A stretch of 41,350 nt of DNA from a virus (IMGVR_UViG_3300045988_014834:1-41350); one strand, 5' to 3'. Shown: positions 1 to 8,207, numbered from the stretch's first letter. Numbers and translations are program-made. Notes: generated from the sequence alone by a model not told the origin.

Positions 1-55
1 CCCCGTCGCGCTGCACGTTTTTTCTTATCGATTACACCCATCGCGATAAGCGCCT
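1..55. repeat. Terminal direct repeat, identical to 41296-41350; circular closure or terminal redundancy
   Basis: Read directly: first 55 nt equal last 55 nt of the window. Confidence 0.9.
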
Positions 56-139
56 GTTCGTGTCCGTCGGCTATAGAATCAAACTCTCTGATTTTATGCT
101 TATCCACAAACTCGTAGGTGGCGAACCTGTACAGCGCGT

Positions 140-556
140 CTACTTTTCCTGTAATGCTTTGCGCTCGGCGTTATGGAACGCGGCCACCTGTGTACCTAAT
201 GCCCTGAACTGGTCCAGCAATTTGTTAAATGCTTCTTTAGAGAAAGGCTCATCGAAGCTCCAGCCGTTTACGACTTCTGCCGCGAGTTGTCGGTTGAGGT
301 CTTCGGCCAGTTCGTTAACCGCCAGGTTATATTCAGTATAGTCGCCGGATTCTTTGGCGGCTTTTTCCAGCTCTTCGAAACGCGCCAACCCGCGGCGGTA
401 CGCGATAATGAAAGCACGTCCGGCTTTAACGGCGGCATCCGCATCGGGACTTACAACGTTAAGCCACTCCCCTGAGTCTTCGCCATTTGGCAGGAGAATT
501 GGCATCTTCTTGCCTACCAGTGCTTTCTCTTCGAAATAAAAATCAGAAAGTTTCAT
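140..556 (-). CDS. Tail assembly chaperone (lambda G-like), 138 aa
   Basis: Sits between major tail protein and tape measure genes on the late strand; its 3' end is overlapped in the -1 frame by an ORF that runs to the tape measure start. Confidence 0.5.
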   Translation of the reverse strand: MKLSDFYFEEKALVGKKMPILLPNGEDSGEWLNVVSPDADAAVKAGRAFIIAYRRGLARFEELEKAAKESGDYTEYNLAVNELAEDLNRQLAAEVVNGWSFDEPFSKEAFNKLLDQFRALGTQVAAFHNAERKALQEK

Positions 557-664
557 TCTTTAATCCTTTGGTTAAGAGGTTACAGGTTAAGGGTAAATGC
601 GCCAGACGGGAACCACCCGCTTTTCGTGTGCGACACTAGGCGCAAACTTATTCTAGCACACTAC

Positions 665-693
665 TTGCACACCCCAATATAATAGGGTACTAT
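665..693 (+). promoter_or_regulatory. Early promoter: -35 TTGCAC, 17-nt spacer, -10 TACTAT
   Basis: Sequence TTGCACACCCCAATATAATAGGGTACTATTCAC, nearly identical copies at 8523 and (reverse) 20188-20216. Confidence 0.6.
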
Positions 694-723
694 TCACTCA
701 CACCAACAATGAAGGAGTTTAAA

Positions 724-915
724 ATGTCCAGTTTACCAGTTTCCTTAATTCTGTTTGCACTACTAGCTTATTTTGCACCTTTCCTGGTTGCGTACTTCCG
801 TAATCATAAGGCGAAGTTAGCTATATTCATGGCTAACCTGTTTCTTGGTTGGGCTCTGCTGCCGTGGGTCTTTATTTTAATCTGGGCGTGCAACTCGAAT
901 GTTAACGAGAAGTAA
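724..915 (+). CDS. Small two-helix membrane protein, superinfection-immunity-like (Imm family pattern), 63 aa
   Basis: AAGGAG 6 nt upstream of the ATG at 724; two hydrophobic helices; motif YF.P....YFRNH...LAIF.ANLFLGW...PW..ILIWA matches my recollection of the Imm_superinfect family. Confidence 0.55.
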   Translation: MSSLPVSLILFALLAYFAPFLVAYFRNHKAKLAIFMANLFLGWALLPWVFILIWACNSNVNEK

Positions 916-953
916 GCTAGTATAGGACAAATCCTAAACACGAGGACGTAAGA

Positions 954-2084
954 ATGGCCCAGAAGAAAATAACCGACGAACAGTTACAGGAAGAATTGAA
1001 CGCCGGGATGAAGAATATCGACATTGCCCGTAAATACGGCATCTCCGACCGCGTTATTCGTATTCGCAAAGCGAAGCTGGCTAAGAAAGGCGTAGGCCAC
1101 GGGCGTGACGTTAGCCATCTCGTGCCGGACGGCTACAAGATTAAAGGAACGTCATCCCTGGTGGACGAGTTCGGCAACACTAAGCTGCAATGGGTTAAGA
1201 CCGACACCGATGCGGAACGTCAGGTCGAGTTAATGAAGGCCGTAATCGAGGGCATGAAGTCAGAGATTACCCCTGTTGCGCCTGTTAAAGCGACTCGAGC
1301 CAAACGCGACGACAAGCTACTCAATCTTTACACTGTATCTGATTTCCATCTCGGTATGCTGGCATGGGCCGACGAGAGCGGCGACGACTGGGATATGAAG
1401 ATTGCAGAAGACCTGTTCTCCCGCTGGTTCGATGCCGCGTTTCAGAAAGCACCGGATGCTGGAACAGGGGTTATTAACCTGCTGGGCGACCTTGCACACT
1501 TTGATAGTCTGGATGCCGTTACCCCGGCGAGTGGTCATGTTCTTGACGCCGACACCCGTTACCAGAAACTTGTCCGCTACATGATTCGCATGGTCCGCCG
1601 TGTTGTAGATATGGCGCTCGTTAAGCATAAAAATGTTCGCTTGCTTATTGTGCAAGGGAACCACGACGAGAGTGGCATGATTTGGTTAGCTGAGATGTTC
1701 AGTACGCTGTACGACAATGAGCCTCGTGTGTTCGTCGATACGTCGCCGGATGTTTACAAGATGGTGCAACACGGCAAAACGACGTTGTTCTTTACACACG
1801 GGCATAAATGCCGGTTTGAGGTGGTCGAACCCATTATGATAGCTAAGTTCAGAAAAGCATTTGGCGAAAGCGAGTACAGTTATGCACATGTTGGGCATCT
1901 CCACCACCAAAAGATCGTAGAAAGCAGGAATATGGTAGTGGAGCAGCATCGCACTCTCGCGGCGAAAGATGCATATGCTTCTCGCGGCGGGTGGATGTCG
2001 GGCCGTAGTGCAAACGTAATTACTTATAGCGCCGAATATGGCGAGGTCGCACGTTTAACTATTTCACCGGAGATGCTGGGATGA
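954..2084 (+). CDS. HTH domain fused to a calcineurin-like metallophosphoesterase, 376 aa
   Basis: N-terminal HTH-like segment (NIDIARKYGISDRVIRIRKAK); ordered phosphoesterase motifs DFHLG, GDLAHFD, GNHDE, HGH, GHLHH. Confidence 0.6.
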   Translation: MAQKKITDEQLQEELNAGMKNIDIARKYGISDRVIRIRKAKLAKKGVGHGRDVSHLVPDGYKIKGTSSLVDEFGNTKLQWVKTDTDAERQVELMKAVIEGMKSEITPVAPVKATRAKRDDKLLNLYTVSDFHLGMLAWADESGDDWDMKIAEDLFSRWFDAAFQKAPDAGTGVINLLGDLAHFDSLDAVTPASGHVLDADTRYQKLVRYMIRMVRRVVDMALVKHKNVRLLIVQGNHDESGMIWLAEMFSTLYDNEPRVFVDTSPDVYKMVQHGKTTLFFTHGHKCRFEVVEPIMIAKFRKAFGESEYSYAHVGHLHHQKIVESRNMVVEQHRTLAAKDAYASRGGWMSGRSANVITYSAEYGEVARLTISPEMLG

Positions 2085-2311
2085 CTTCAAAATATGACCA
2101 TACACTCACCAACACCGCAGGCGATTCCATTACATGTGATGTTTATGATGTGCTAAGGGCCTTCGTTATCCACGACCCCGCGCTACAACACGCATTAAAG
2201 AAACTGCTATGCATGGGCGGCAGGGGGCATAAGGACGCGGATACAGACCTTAACGAAGCAATTGAAAGTCTGGAGAAGTTACGGGAGTACCGAAGTAATA
2301 TTGATGAGTAA
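2081..2311 (+). CDS. Hypothetical protein, 76 aa, coupled to the phosphoesterase gene
   Basis: ATGA stop/start overlap with the upstream gene; followed by a hairpin terminator. Confidence 0.45.
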   Translation: MTSKYDHTLTNTAGDSITCDVYDVLRAFVIHDPALQHALKKLLCMGGRGHKDADTDLNEAIESLEKLREYRSNIDE

Positions 2312-2340
2312 GAAAAAGGCCCCGAAAGGGGCCTTAGTTT
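2312..2340. terminator. Bidirectional intrinsic terminator (GGCCCC-GAAA-GGGGCC)
   Basis: Perfect GC hairpin flanked by an A-run and a T-run, between convergent genes. Confidence 0.7.
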
Positions 2341-3512
2341 TATGCGTAGGTTATACGCTGAATAACAATAGACGACTGGTACTGATTGCCTGTGGACTGT
2401 CCTTCTATGCTTTGGGTGATTGACTCAGGCCCGCCAATCTCTGGTGTAACCGCCGTAAGTTCCGCGCGTTTCAGGCTGAAAGACATAGCCCCGTTTACCC
2501 CCGCCAGAATAGAGTTAATCTCTACCTGCTGCTCGTTGATAAACTTCTGAATCATCGCCATGTCGTACAGTTTACCGGAGATGGAGAAGGTGTTAGCTGC
2601 ACGGCTACGCTCCACAAACGCTACGTTAGTGTTACCAAGTTCGAACTGTGCGGACGCGCTGTTATCGTTGGTGATGGTCAGACTGTCACAACGCAACGGC
2701 GTAGAGCCGTCGAACACGGAAACGTCAACCGAGGAGAATGGCTCGTCACCAAACGTAACAGAGGAGAAATCAGAACCTGTCGGCGGCTCGGTGAGAATCT
2801 CCTGGCTGCGCCCGATGAACGGGAAACTGCCCGTTACCATCGCATTAACGGCCTGCTCGACAGTGAAACCGGAAACTTCCACACCTTTAGTAAGCGTGTA
2901 CGCGTCAGCCCCGCCGCACTGCCCTTTGTACCAGGTGAGAATAGAGAACGTCTTGCACTGGCTTCCTGTTTCCAGTTTATCCCCTGTCTTAGCGGCGGTA
3001 GTTACTGTCTCAGTGGTAAGAGTATGTTGGATACCCGCACCTGTAACAACAGTTGCACTTACCTCGGTTACGATAAACGGTTTTGCGTTGTCGCCCGTTA
3101 AGTCGGTAAACGCAATCAGGTCGCCCACTTCAATGCCGTCGGTAATAAAGCTGCCATCAGCACGGGTGAACGTCTTGCCCGCCGGTGCGACGGTAATCGA
3201 CAGCCCGGACAGAAAAACACCGGATTGCCACGTAGAGCCTAACGCGCCCGCTAACCAGTCATCCTGGCTTTTCGAGCTAAGCTCAATAGCATATTCACCA
3301 CTAACCTGTTTGTTACCGGTGCGGATGGACGTAGTTTCACGGCTGCCATCCAGTTCGTTGGAGGTCAGCGTGTCACGGGTAATGGCAGGAACGCCACCTG
3401 TGTTACGCAGCGGCGACCATACCGGGTTACTTGGTGTTACGCCCGGGGTAACTTCCGCCACATAGAATTGCGCGGTATTCGCGCCCTTAAAAGGAGTTGT
3501 AGCCATATTCAC
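2340..3512 (-). CDS. Major tail (tube) protein, 390 aa
   Basis: Position between neck genes and tail chaperone; Thr/Ser/Gly-rich beta-type composition; terminator immediately downstream. Confidence 0.5.
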   Translation of the reverse strand: MNMATTPFKGANTAQFYVAEVTPGVTPSNPVWSPLRNTGGVPAITRDTLTSNELDGSRETTSIRTGNKQVSGEYAIELSSKSQDDWLAGALGSTWQSGVFLSGLSITVAPAGKTFTRADGSFITDGIEVGDLIAFTDLTGDNAKPFIVTEVSATVVTGAGIQHTLTTETVTTAAKTGDKLETGSQCKTFSILTWYKGQCGGADAYTLTKGVEVSGFTVEQAVNAMVTGSFPFIGRSQEILTEPPTGSDFSSVTFGDEPFSSVDVSVFDGSTPLRCDSLTITNDNSASAQFELGNTNVAFVERSRAANTFSISGKLYDMAMIQKFINEQQVEINSILAGVNGAMSFSLKRAELTAVTPEIGGPESITQSIEGQSTGNQYQSSIVIQRITYA

Positions 3513-3925
3513 AGCCTCTTGGTGAATGCAATAAAGTTAATTGACAATGGCCGTTTGGCCCATCCGTTTTCTACAATCAGCGGCCCCAGGCTAACCGATT
3601 GAACCTCGGCGCAGATGTCGTTACGTGAAAATGACTTACCTGCCTTAAACGCCGTGTTAAGTAAGTCTGCCATTTTATTGATTGGCGCGCTACCTTTCAC
3701 CGATGCGTAGTTAATATCTACCTGATAGACGCCAGCGCGTTGCTCGGTGAAGAACAAATCCGCCTGCTCCGTATCCGCCAGCAACATGTAACTCGCCAGA
3801 TACGCCGTATCGGTTGACGTCGGCGCGTCGATATTTTCGAGCGCGACCTTGATGCCGTTGGCGGTTCCGAAGGCTACCAGCGGCACATCGAACGCTTTTG
3901 TTAAGTCCTCAAAGTAGCCCATCAT
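3509..3925 (-). CDS. Neck/tail completion protein (hypothetical), 138 aa
   Basis: Coupled late-strand gene between capsid and tail genes. Confidence 0.35.
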   Translation of the reverse strand: MMGYFEDLTKAFDVPLVAFGTANGIKVALENIDAPTSTDTAYLASYMLLADTEQADLFFTEQRAGVYQVDINYASVKGSAPINKMADLLNTAFKAGKSFSRNDICAEVQSVSLGPLIVENGWAKRPLSINFIAFTKRL

Positions 3926-4317
3926 TTCACCTTGTTGGCTTCTTCGTTAATGAGTTGCTGGAATCGGGACACGTTAGTTCTGACAACCCCGGCGGGCGCT
4001 TGCTGCGACCAGCCATACTCCAGCCGTTGTGCGTACGGCAGATTATTTGTCAGCGTGAACTCGCGCCAGTCTGCTGCTTTCAGCACGAAACCCGTAGCGT
4101 TTCCGGTTGCTGTGGCCCCTGATTTATCGGTAGCATCTGTAACCCCGTAAGCAGGTGTTCCACCAGATGCCATCCAGTTCATACGAAAGCGGCCTGTATC
4201 TACCGGACTCGCCTTTATGATAGCGGAAAACAGCTTGATAGACACCTGACGCATCACCTTCTCGGGGTTCTTCTTCGCCTTTTCCACGAACTTAGAGACG
4301 TCAAGCGCGAAACTCAT
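3922..4317 (-). CDS. Head-tail joining protein (hypothetical), 131 aa
   Basis: Synteny in the late operon. Confidence 0.35.
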   Translation of the reverse strand: MSFALDVSKFVEKAKKNPEKVMRQVSIKLFSAIIKASPVDTGRFRMNWMASGGTPAYGVTDATDKSGATATGNATGFVLKAADWREFTLTNNLPYAQRLEYGWSQQAPAGVVRTNVSRFQQLINEEANKVK

Positions 4318-4727
4318 TTTCTCACCTGAATAAAGTAGGCCACGACATCATCATTAACCATCTTCTTCTCGATAGCTACGACAGACCATTGCTCGCCGCC
4401 GAATTGTACCTTGTCTTCCATCTTCGGAGCGACACTGCAATCGGCTTTAACAATCACGTCACCGGCCTGAATCGTCGTACCGTTTACCAGTCCCGCGTTT
4501 ACCGGAACTGGAACGGCCTTCAACGGCAGCACTTCATCCGCAGACCAGACGTATTCACCAAGAACTTCATCCCACACTTTCGAGCCAGAGCGAATTAGAG
4601 ATACCGTGCTACCGAATTTGGTTAGCAGGCGTGTGCCCACGCCTTGCATACGTCTACTGAAAGCTGTACCCATTACGCGGCCTCCAGTCTCGAGATAACC
4701 AGTAGCGCGGATGGTGCTGTGCCCCAT
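4314..4727 (-). CDS. Head-tail connector protein (hypothetical); true start probably the ATG at 4673
   Basis: Synteny; internal Met gives an ATGA overlap with the upstream gene. Confidence 0.35.
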   Translation of the reverse strand: MGHSTIRATGYLETGGRVMGTAFSRRMQGVGTRLLTKFGSTVSLIRSGSKVWDEVLGEYVWSADEVLPLKAVPVPVNAGLVNGTTIQAGDVIVKADCSVAPKMEDKVQFGGEQWSVVAIEKKMVNDDVVAYFIQVRK

Positions 4728-5287
4728 GCAGTTACAGTAGCCGCTTGCGGATATACACCACCAAAGTTGCTTCCGGCGCTGTCTCGCATAATCTGAACGG
4801 CAAACGTCTGGCCTGCGGAGGGGTTAATAACTACACGAGACTCAATCGGGATTGTGGTGTCCGCGCTCACCAGTTTCGTGGCGGCTGGCGAGCCGTACTG
4901 AGCGCCGTTAAGGAGAATGCGGGACAACAGGATGGATGTACCGCTGGCCCCTGTACGCCCCGCCTGTAACTTGATGCGAACGGCATAGTTACCCGCGGTG
5001 TTAAAAGTAACCAGCCCCGCGGCATTTATCATTACAGGGTCTGACGCGCCACCCTGCGCGGAGCCGAAAGTTAACTGCAACGCCGTATCTACTGCGGGAG
5101 GCGTTTGTGTTACGGTAGACGCAGCACGGAGAACTTCAACCTCTTTAACACCCGGAGTGGCGTAAATAGGTGAGTCCGCCATCTGTGTCATTACTTCGCG
5201 TAACTTCTCGGGTGTGATAAGCCCGGTGGTGTTATCGGGAAGGTTCGCTCCGATAAGGGTAAACATCTCTGTTTTGGTCTTTGCCAT
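4673..5287 (-). CDS. Structural protein (hypothetical), 204 aa
   Basis: Late-operon position downstream of the major capsid gene. Confidence 0.35.
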   Translation of the reverse strand: MAKTKTEMFTLIGANLPDNTTGLITPEKLREVMTQMADSPIYATPGVKEVEVLRAASTVTQTPPAVDTALQLTFGSAQGGASDPVMINAAGLVTFNTAGNYAVRIKLQAGRTGASGTSILLSRILLNGAQYGSPAATKLVSADTTIPIESRVVINPSAGQTFAVQIMRDSAGSNFGGVYPQAATVTAWGTAPSALLVISRLEAA

Positions 5288-5289
5288 TT

Positions 5290-5802
5290 TCAGCCCCGGT
5301 ACACGTTAAACGAGAAACCATTGTTAAGACCGCCGCACAGTAACGGACGTAAGGCGTCGTCAGCAGCGGTAATAGTGGTCGTGGCGCCACTGCTGCCGTT
5401 GTTGAAGTAGGTCACTGTCACCGCACCCTCAACACGCTCGGTCTGCACGGAGCGCCCGTCTGAGTTAGCCCGCACTTCCGTACCCGCGCCATATGTGGCG
5501 GAGGCGATTACCTGCGCAAGAATTACCTGTTTCGGAATGGCATTGTTCGGTACAGGGAAGCCGTTCAACGTTACCCCAGTGCGGGGGTATGCCAGAGACT
5601 GCCCGGCGGATACGCGGCGACCGCACATCTGCGGTTCTGCAAGCCCGACATAAGTAGCACCATTGCGCAGGGCAACCTCCGCGGCAGTATCGTCTTCCGG
5701 CAGCTCCAGGCCATAATTAGCCGCTAACGCGCGGGCGTCAGCCAGACTAATGTAACTGTCAGCATTAGGGACGATTTCACCCGTTTCCACGATTAGCGGC
5801 AT
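5290..5802 (-). CDS. Head completion/structural protein (hypothetical), 170 aa
   Basis: Late-operon position. Confidence 0.35.
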   Translation of the reverse strand: MPLIVETGEIVPNADSYISLADARALAANYGLELPEDDTAAEVALRNGATYVGLAEPQMCGRRVSAGQSLAYPRTGVTLNGFPVPNNAIPKQVILAQVIASATYGAGTEVRANSDGRSVQTERVEGAVTVTYFNNGSSGATTTITAADDALRPLLCGGLNNGFSFNVYRG

Positions 5803-5993
5803 GAATTATTCCTCTGATTTCGCCCGACGCTGGCGGCGCGGTGTCTCTTCTTTAGTCGATTCTACCACGGCACCTTCTGGTGCGAAACGAGCATCTACTA
5901 CACGGAACCCCCGACGGTTATATTCTCGCTTCTGCTCGATGGTAATCGGCATTGGTACGTATTTAATTTCCACTTTAATTTCTCCTAGTAAAA

Positions 5994-6015
5994 AGGGGCC
6001 GTAGCCCCTTTGTTT
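5994..6015. terminator. Hairpin terminator/attenuator just downstream of the major capsid gene
   Basis: AGGGGC-CGTA-GCCCCT with T-runs on both sides. Confidence 0.5.
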
Positions 6016-6030
6016 TTACCACTAACTGTA

Positions 6031-6999
6031 TCACTTGTCCGCGTCGGCGATTGCCAGAGTACCGAGGGTGTGTTTGTTCTCGGCAACAGCTTTGTCCCAG
6101 TTGGTCGCGGTGAACAGTTCTGCGTCCAGCGGAGATTTACCGCCGTTGGCGACATCCCAGCTATAGCCTTTCAGTTTCAGGCCGAAGCTGTAATCCGCCT
6201 GCCAGGTGGTCTGGATGCGGGTGTTACCGTTGCTGGTATCAATGTTGCTGATAATGTCAGAAGCATTATCAACGATGATGCCGTTTGCAACTACTGACAG
6301 GACCTTAGTCTTGTTCGGAGTACCAGCTTCGTACAGCGCAGGGATGTCGGAGATCACATAACGCTTACCGAGAACATCGACAACCATAACGTTACCAGCA
6401 ACGAACAGCTGGTTTGCGTTAGTCAGCGCTTTATCTACCAGCGTGTGATAAGCAGCACCAGTCATGATGTCGGTAATCAGCAGCTGAGACTGGTCGCCGA
6501 ATTTAGCGTGGCTGTTGTTCAGCACGTTCAGGGACAGACCCACGGTTGCAGATACGTCGTTAACCAGCGCGGCCTGACCAGATACCGCCGCAACAGCTGC
6601 GCCAACAGCAGTGTTGAGCTGGTCCGCTAACAGTGCGTCAGAGAAGCCTTCGGAAATAGCACGAATCGCGCTCGCCGGGTCTTCGTTAAGCCAGGTCATT
6701 TGCGCAGGCTCGAACAGTACCGGTCCGAAGCCGCCAGCGACTTTAACGCCTACATGCTCGCCCTGAGTCAGCGCGGTAGCTGCCTGAGACGCGATAGCGG
6801 CGTAACGGTCAACGCGGCGTTTAGCGGAGGCAATCTGGTTAAAGAAAGACTCACGTGAGAAGTCACCGCGCCATGAAGCGGTAGACAGTACAATTGCACC
6901 ACCGGAGGCTGCGTTAAACTGGTCAGTTTTCTGGCCAAGCAGTTCGATAGTGGTACCGACGATGTCGTCGTTATAAACCTTCATATCTGACAGAGACAT
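6031..6999 (-). CDS. Major capsid protein, 322 aa
   Basis: Follows the scaffold gene; size and composition typical of an HK97-fold capsid protein; attenuator hairpin downstream. Confidence 0.65.
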   Translation of the reverse strand: MSLSDMKVYNDDIVGTTIELLGQKTDQFNAASGGAIVLSTASWRGDFSRESFFNQIASAKRRVDRYAAIASQAATALTQGEHVGVKVAGGFGPVLFEPAQMTWLNEDPASAIRAISEGFSDALLADQLNTAVGAAVAAVSGQAALVNDVSATVGLSLNVLNNSHAKFGDQSQLLITDIMTGAAYHTLVDKALTNANQLFVAGNVMVVDVLGKRYVISDIPALYEAGTPNKTKVLSVVANGIIVDNASDIISNIDTSNGNTRIQTTWQADYSFGLKLKGYSWDVANGGKSPLDAELFTATNWDKAVAENKHTLGTLAIADADK

Positions 7000-7005
7000 A
7001 TTCTG

Positions 7006-7632
7006 TTATCCTCGTTTGCCGTATTTGGCGTTAAGTTTTTGCTGGATTACGTCCGCACCACCGGCCCCGCCAGTAGAATTTTTGTTACCGGAAGCCCCGC
7101 CGCCGGTTGCTGCATCTGCTTTAATCAGATGCGAAAATGCTTTGTGCTCACGCAGATACTTTTTAAATTGCTCTGCGTCGGTGGTGATGACATTACCGTC
7201 TGCACCTGTGAACTTGGTCACAACGTCATCGCCGTCAAATTCGGTCTTGACCATCATAGCGATAATATCCGCTGCGCTCTCATCAATCAACATTCCAGAC
7301 AACTGGCTGATAACTGATTTACGTTCCGCGCCGAGGATACGCTCAGCCATTTTGCTAATCTTACCGTCTTTCTCGGCGAGTACTGGCTCATACTGACTGC
7401 GCAACGTTTTCTCGAATGCCTCAAGTTCGCCGTTCTGTTTTGCGCGTTCCTGTTCGGCTTTCAGCTTCGCATCTGCGGCTTCTTTAGCGGCAGCGGCAGC
7501 AGCTTTCTTTTCAGACAAGAGTTTCTCGTTGTTAGCTTTAAGACCGGATACCAGCGCGTCAACTTCTTCTTTTGTAAACGTGGTCTTAGCCTCTTGTTGT
7601 TCGATAATTTCGTCTTTCACTTCTTCGCTCAT
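7006..7632 (-). CDS. Scaffolding protein (track ORF starts at a TTG at 7683; likely ATG at 7632)
   Basis: Ala/Lys/Glu-rich coiled-coil composition, directly upstream of the capsid gene. Confidence 0.55.
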   Translation of the reverse strand: MSEEVKDEIIEQQEAKTTFTKEEVDALVSGLKANNEKLLSEKKAAAAAAKEAADAKLKAEQERAKQNGELEAFEKTLRSQYEPVLAEKDGKISKMAERILGAERKSVISQLSGMLIDESAADIIAMMVKTEFDGDDVVTKFTGADGNVITTDAEQFKKYLREHKAFSHLIKADAATGGGASGNKNSTGGAGGADVIQQKLNAKYGKRG

Positions 7633-7711
7633 CAGTATGTCCCCTGGACGTTGGAATCCGGGCCACCCGGATTTACATGTCAAGAATAAATTATTCCAAC
7701 ATGCAAGGCAA

Positions 7712-7975
7712 CTATTCCAGAATATTCCTCACGTAATCCTGCAACATGAACACTTTCAGCCGCAGCTGCCGTACACATTCGGCGTTCTGAACGTCGATGG
7801 CTAAATCCTCGTCAGCGTCGCTACTTGGCATCGCCAGTTTGCACGGCGGCTGCATCATCGTCGTATCCGGAGATGGAATTGGCGTTTGCGACGGCGCGGG
7901 ACTTGAGTTGCACGCGCTCAGGGTCAAAAGTGCACACGCTGCGACCAGGCGTTTTGATGTACTTAACGACTTCAC
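7712..7975 (-). CDS. o-spanin (Rz1-like lipoprotein), 87 aa
   Basis: Signal peptide with lipobox LSAC, Pro-rich mature region, starts inside the upstream gene in a different frame. Confidence 0.5.
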   Translation of the reverse strand: MKSLSTSKRLVAACALLTLSACNSSPAPSQTPIPSPDTTMMQPPCKLAMPSSDADEDLAIDVQNAECVRQLRLKVFMLQDYVRNILE

Positions 7976-8207
7976 GGGTAATCACCTCTGATTTCGTCTT
8001 GCCTTCGTTGTCAGCGGCTGCGGCCTTTGATTCATCCTGCTGCTGCCGTTGTGTTTTCTTCGCTAACTCAGCCTGGGCTTTCTGCTGTTGCTGCGAAACG
8101 AGATTCGCCCGGCCTTCGCTCCAGCCGCTGCGGTACTGATAGATGCCGTGTGCGTAAGCCAGGATGATGAAACATGCTCCTGCTACGACAGTTGCTTTAA
8201 GATTCAT
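7821..8207 (-). CDS. i-spanin (Rz-like), 128 aa
   Basis: N-terminal transmembrane helix then charged Gln/Lys-rich region; embeds the lipoprotein ORF. Confidence 0.5.
   Translation of the reverse strand: MNLKATVVAGACFIILAYAHGIYQYRSGWSEGRANLVSQQQQKAQAELAKKTQRQQQDESKAAAADNEGKTKSEVITREVVKYIKTPGRSVCTFDPERVQLKSRAVANANSISGYDDDAAAVQTGDAK

Noticed and set aside
60-556. Plus-strand ORFs 60-341, 287-475 and 354-539
   Set aside because: They overlap the chaperone gene and its -1 extension on the opposite strand; the minus-strand genes fit the operon context.
2560-3465. 301-aa plus-strand ORF
   Set aside because: Entirely antisense to the major tail protein gene; no ribosome-binding site, no recognisable motifs, low-complexity Ser/Pro/Val-rich translation typical of a reverse-frame artefact.
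7683-7683. Track start codon for the scaffold gene at 7683
   Set aside because: That TTG is the first three bases of a TTGACA hexamer; the ATG at 7632 is the more plausible start.
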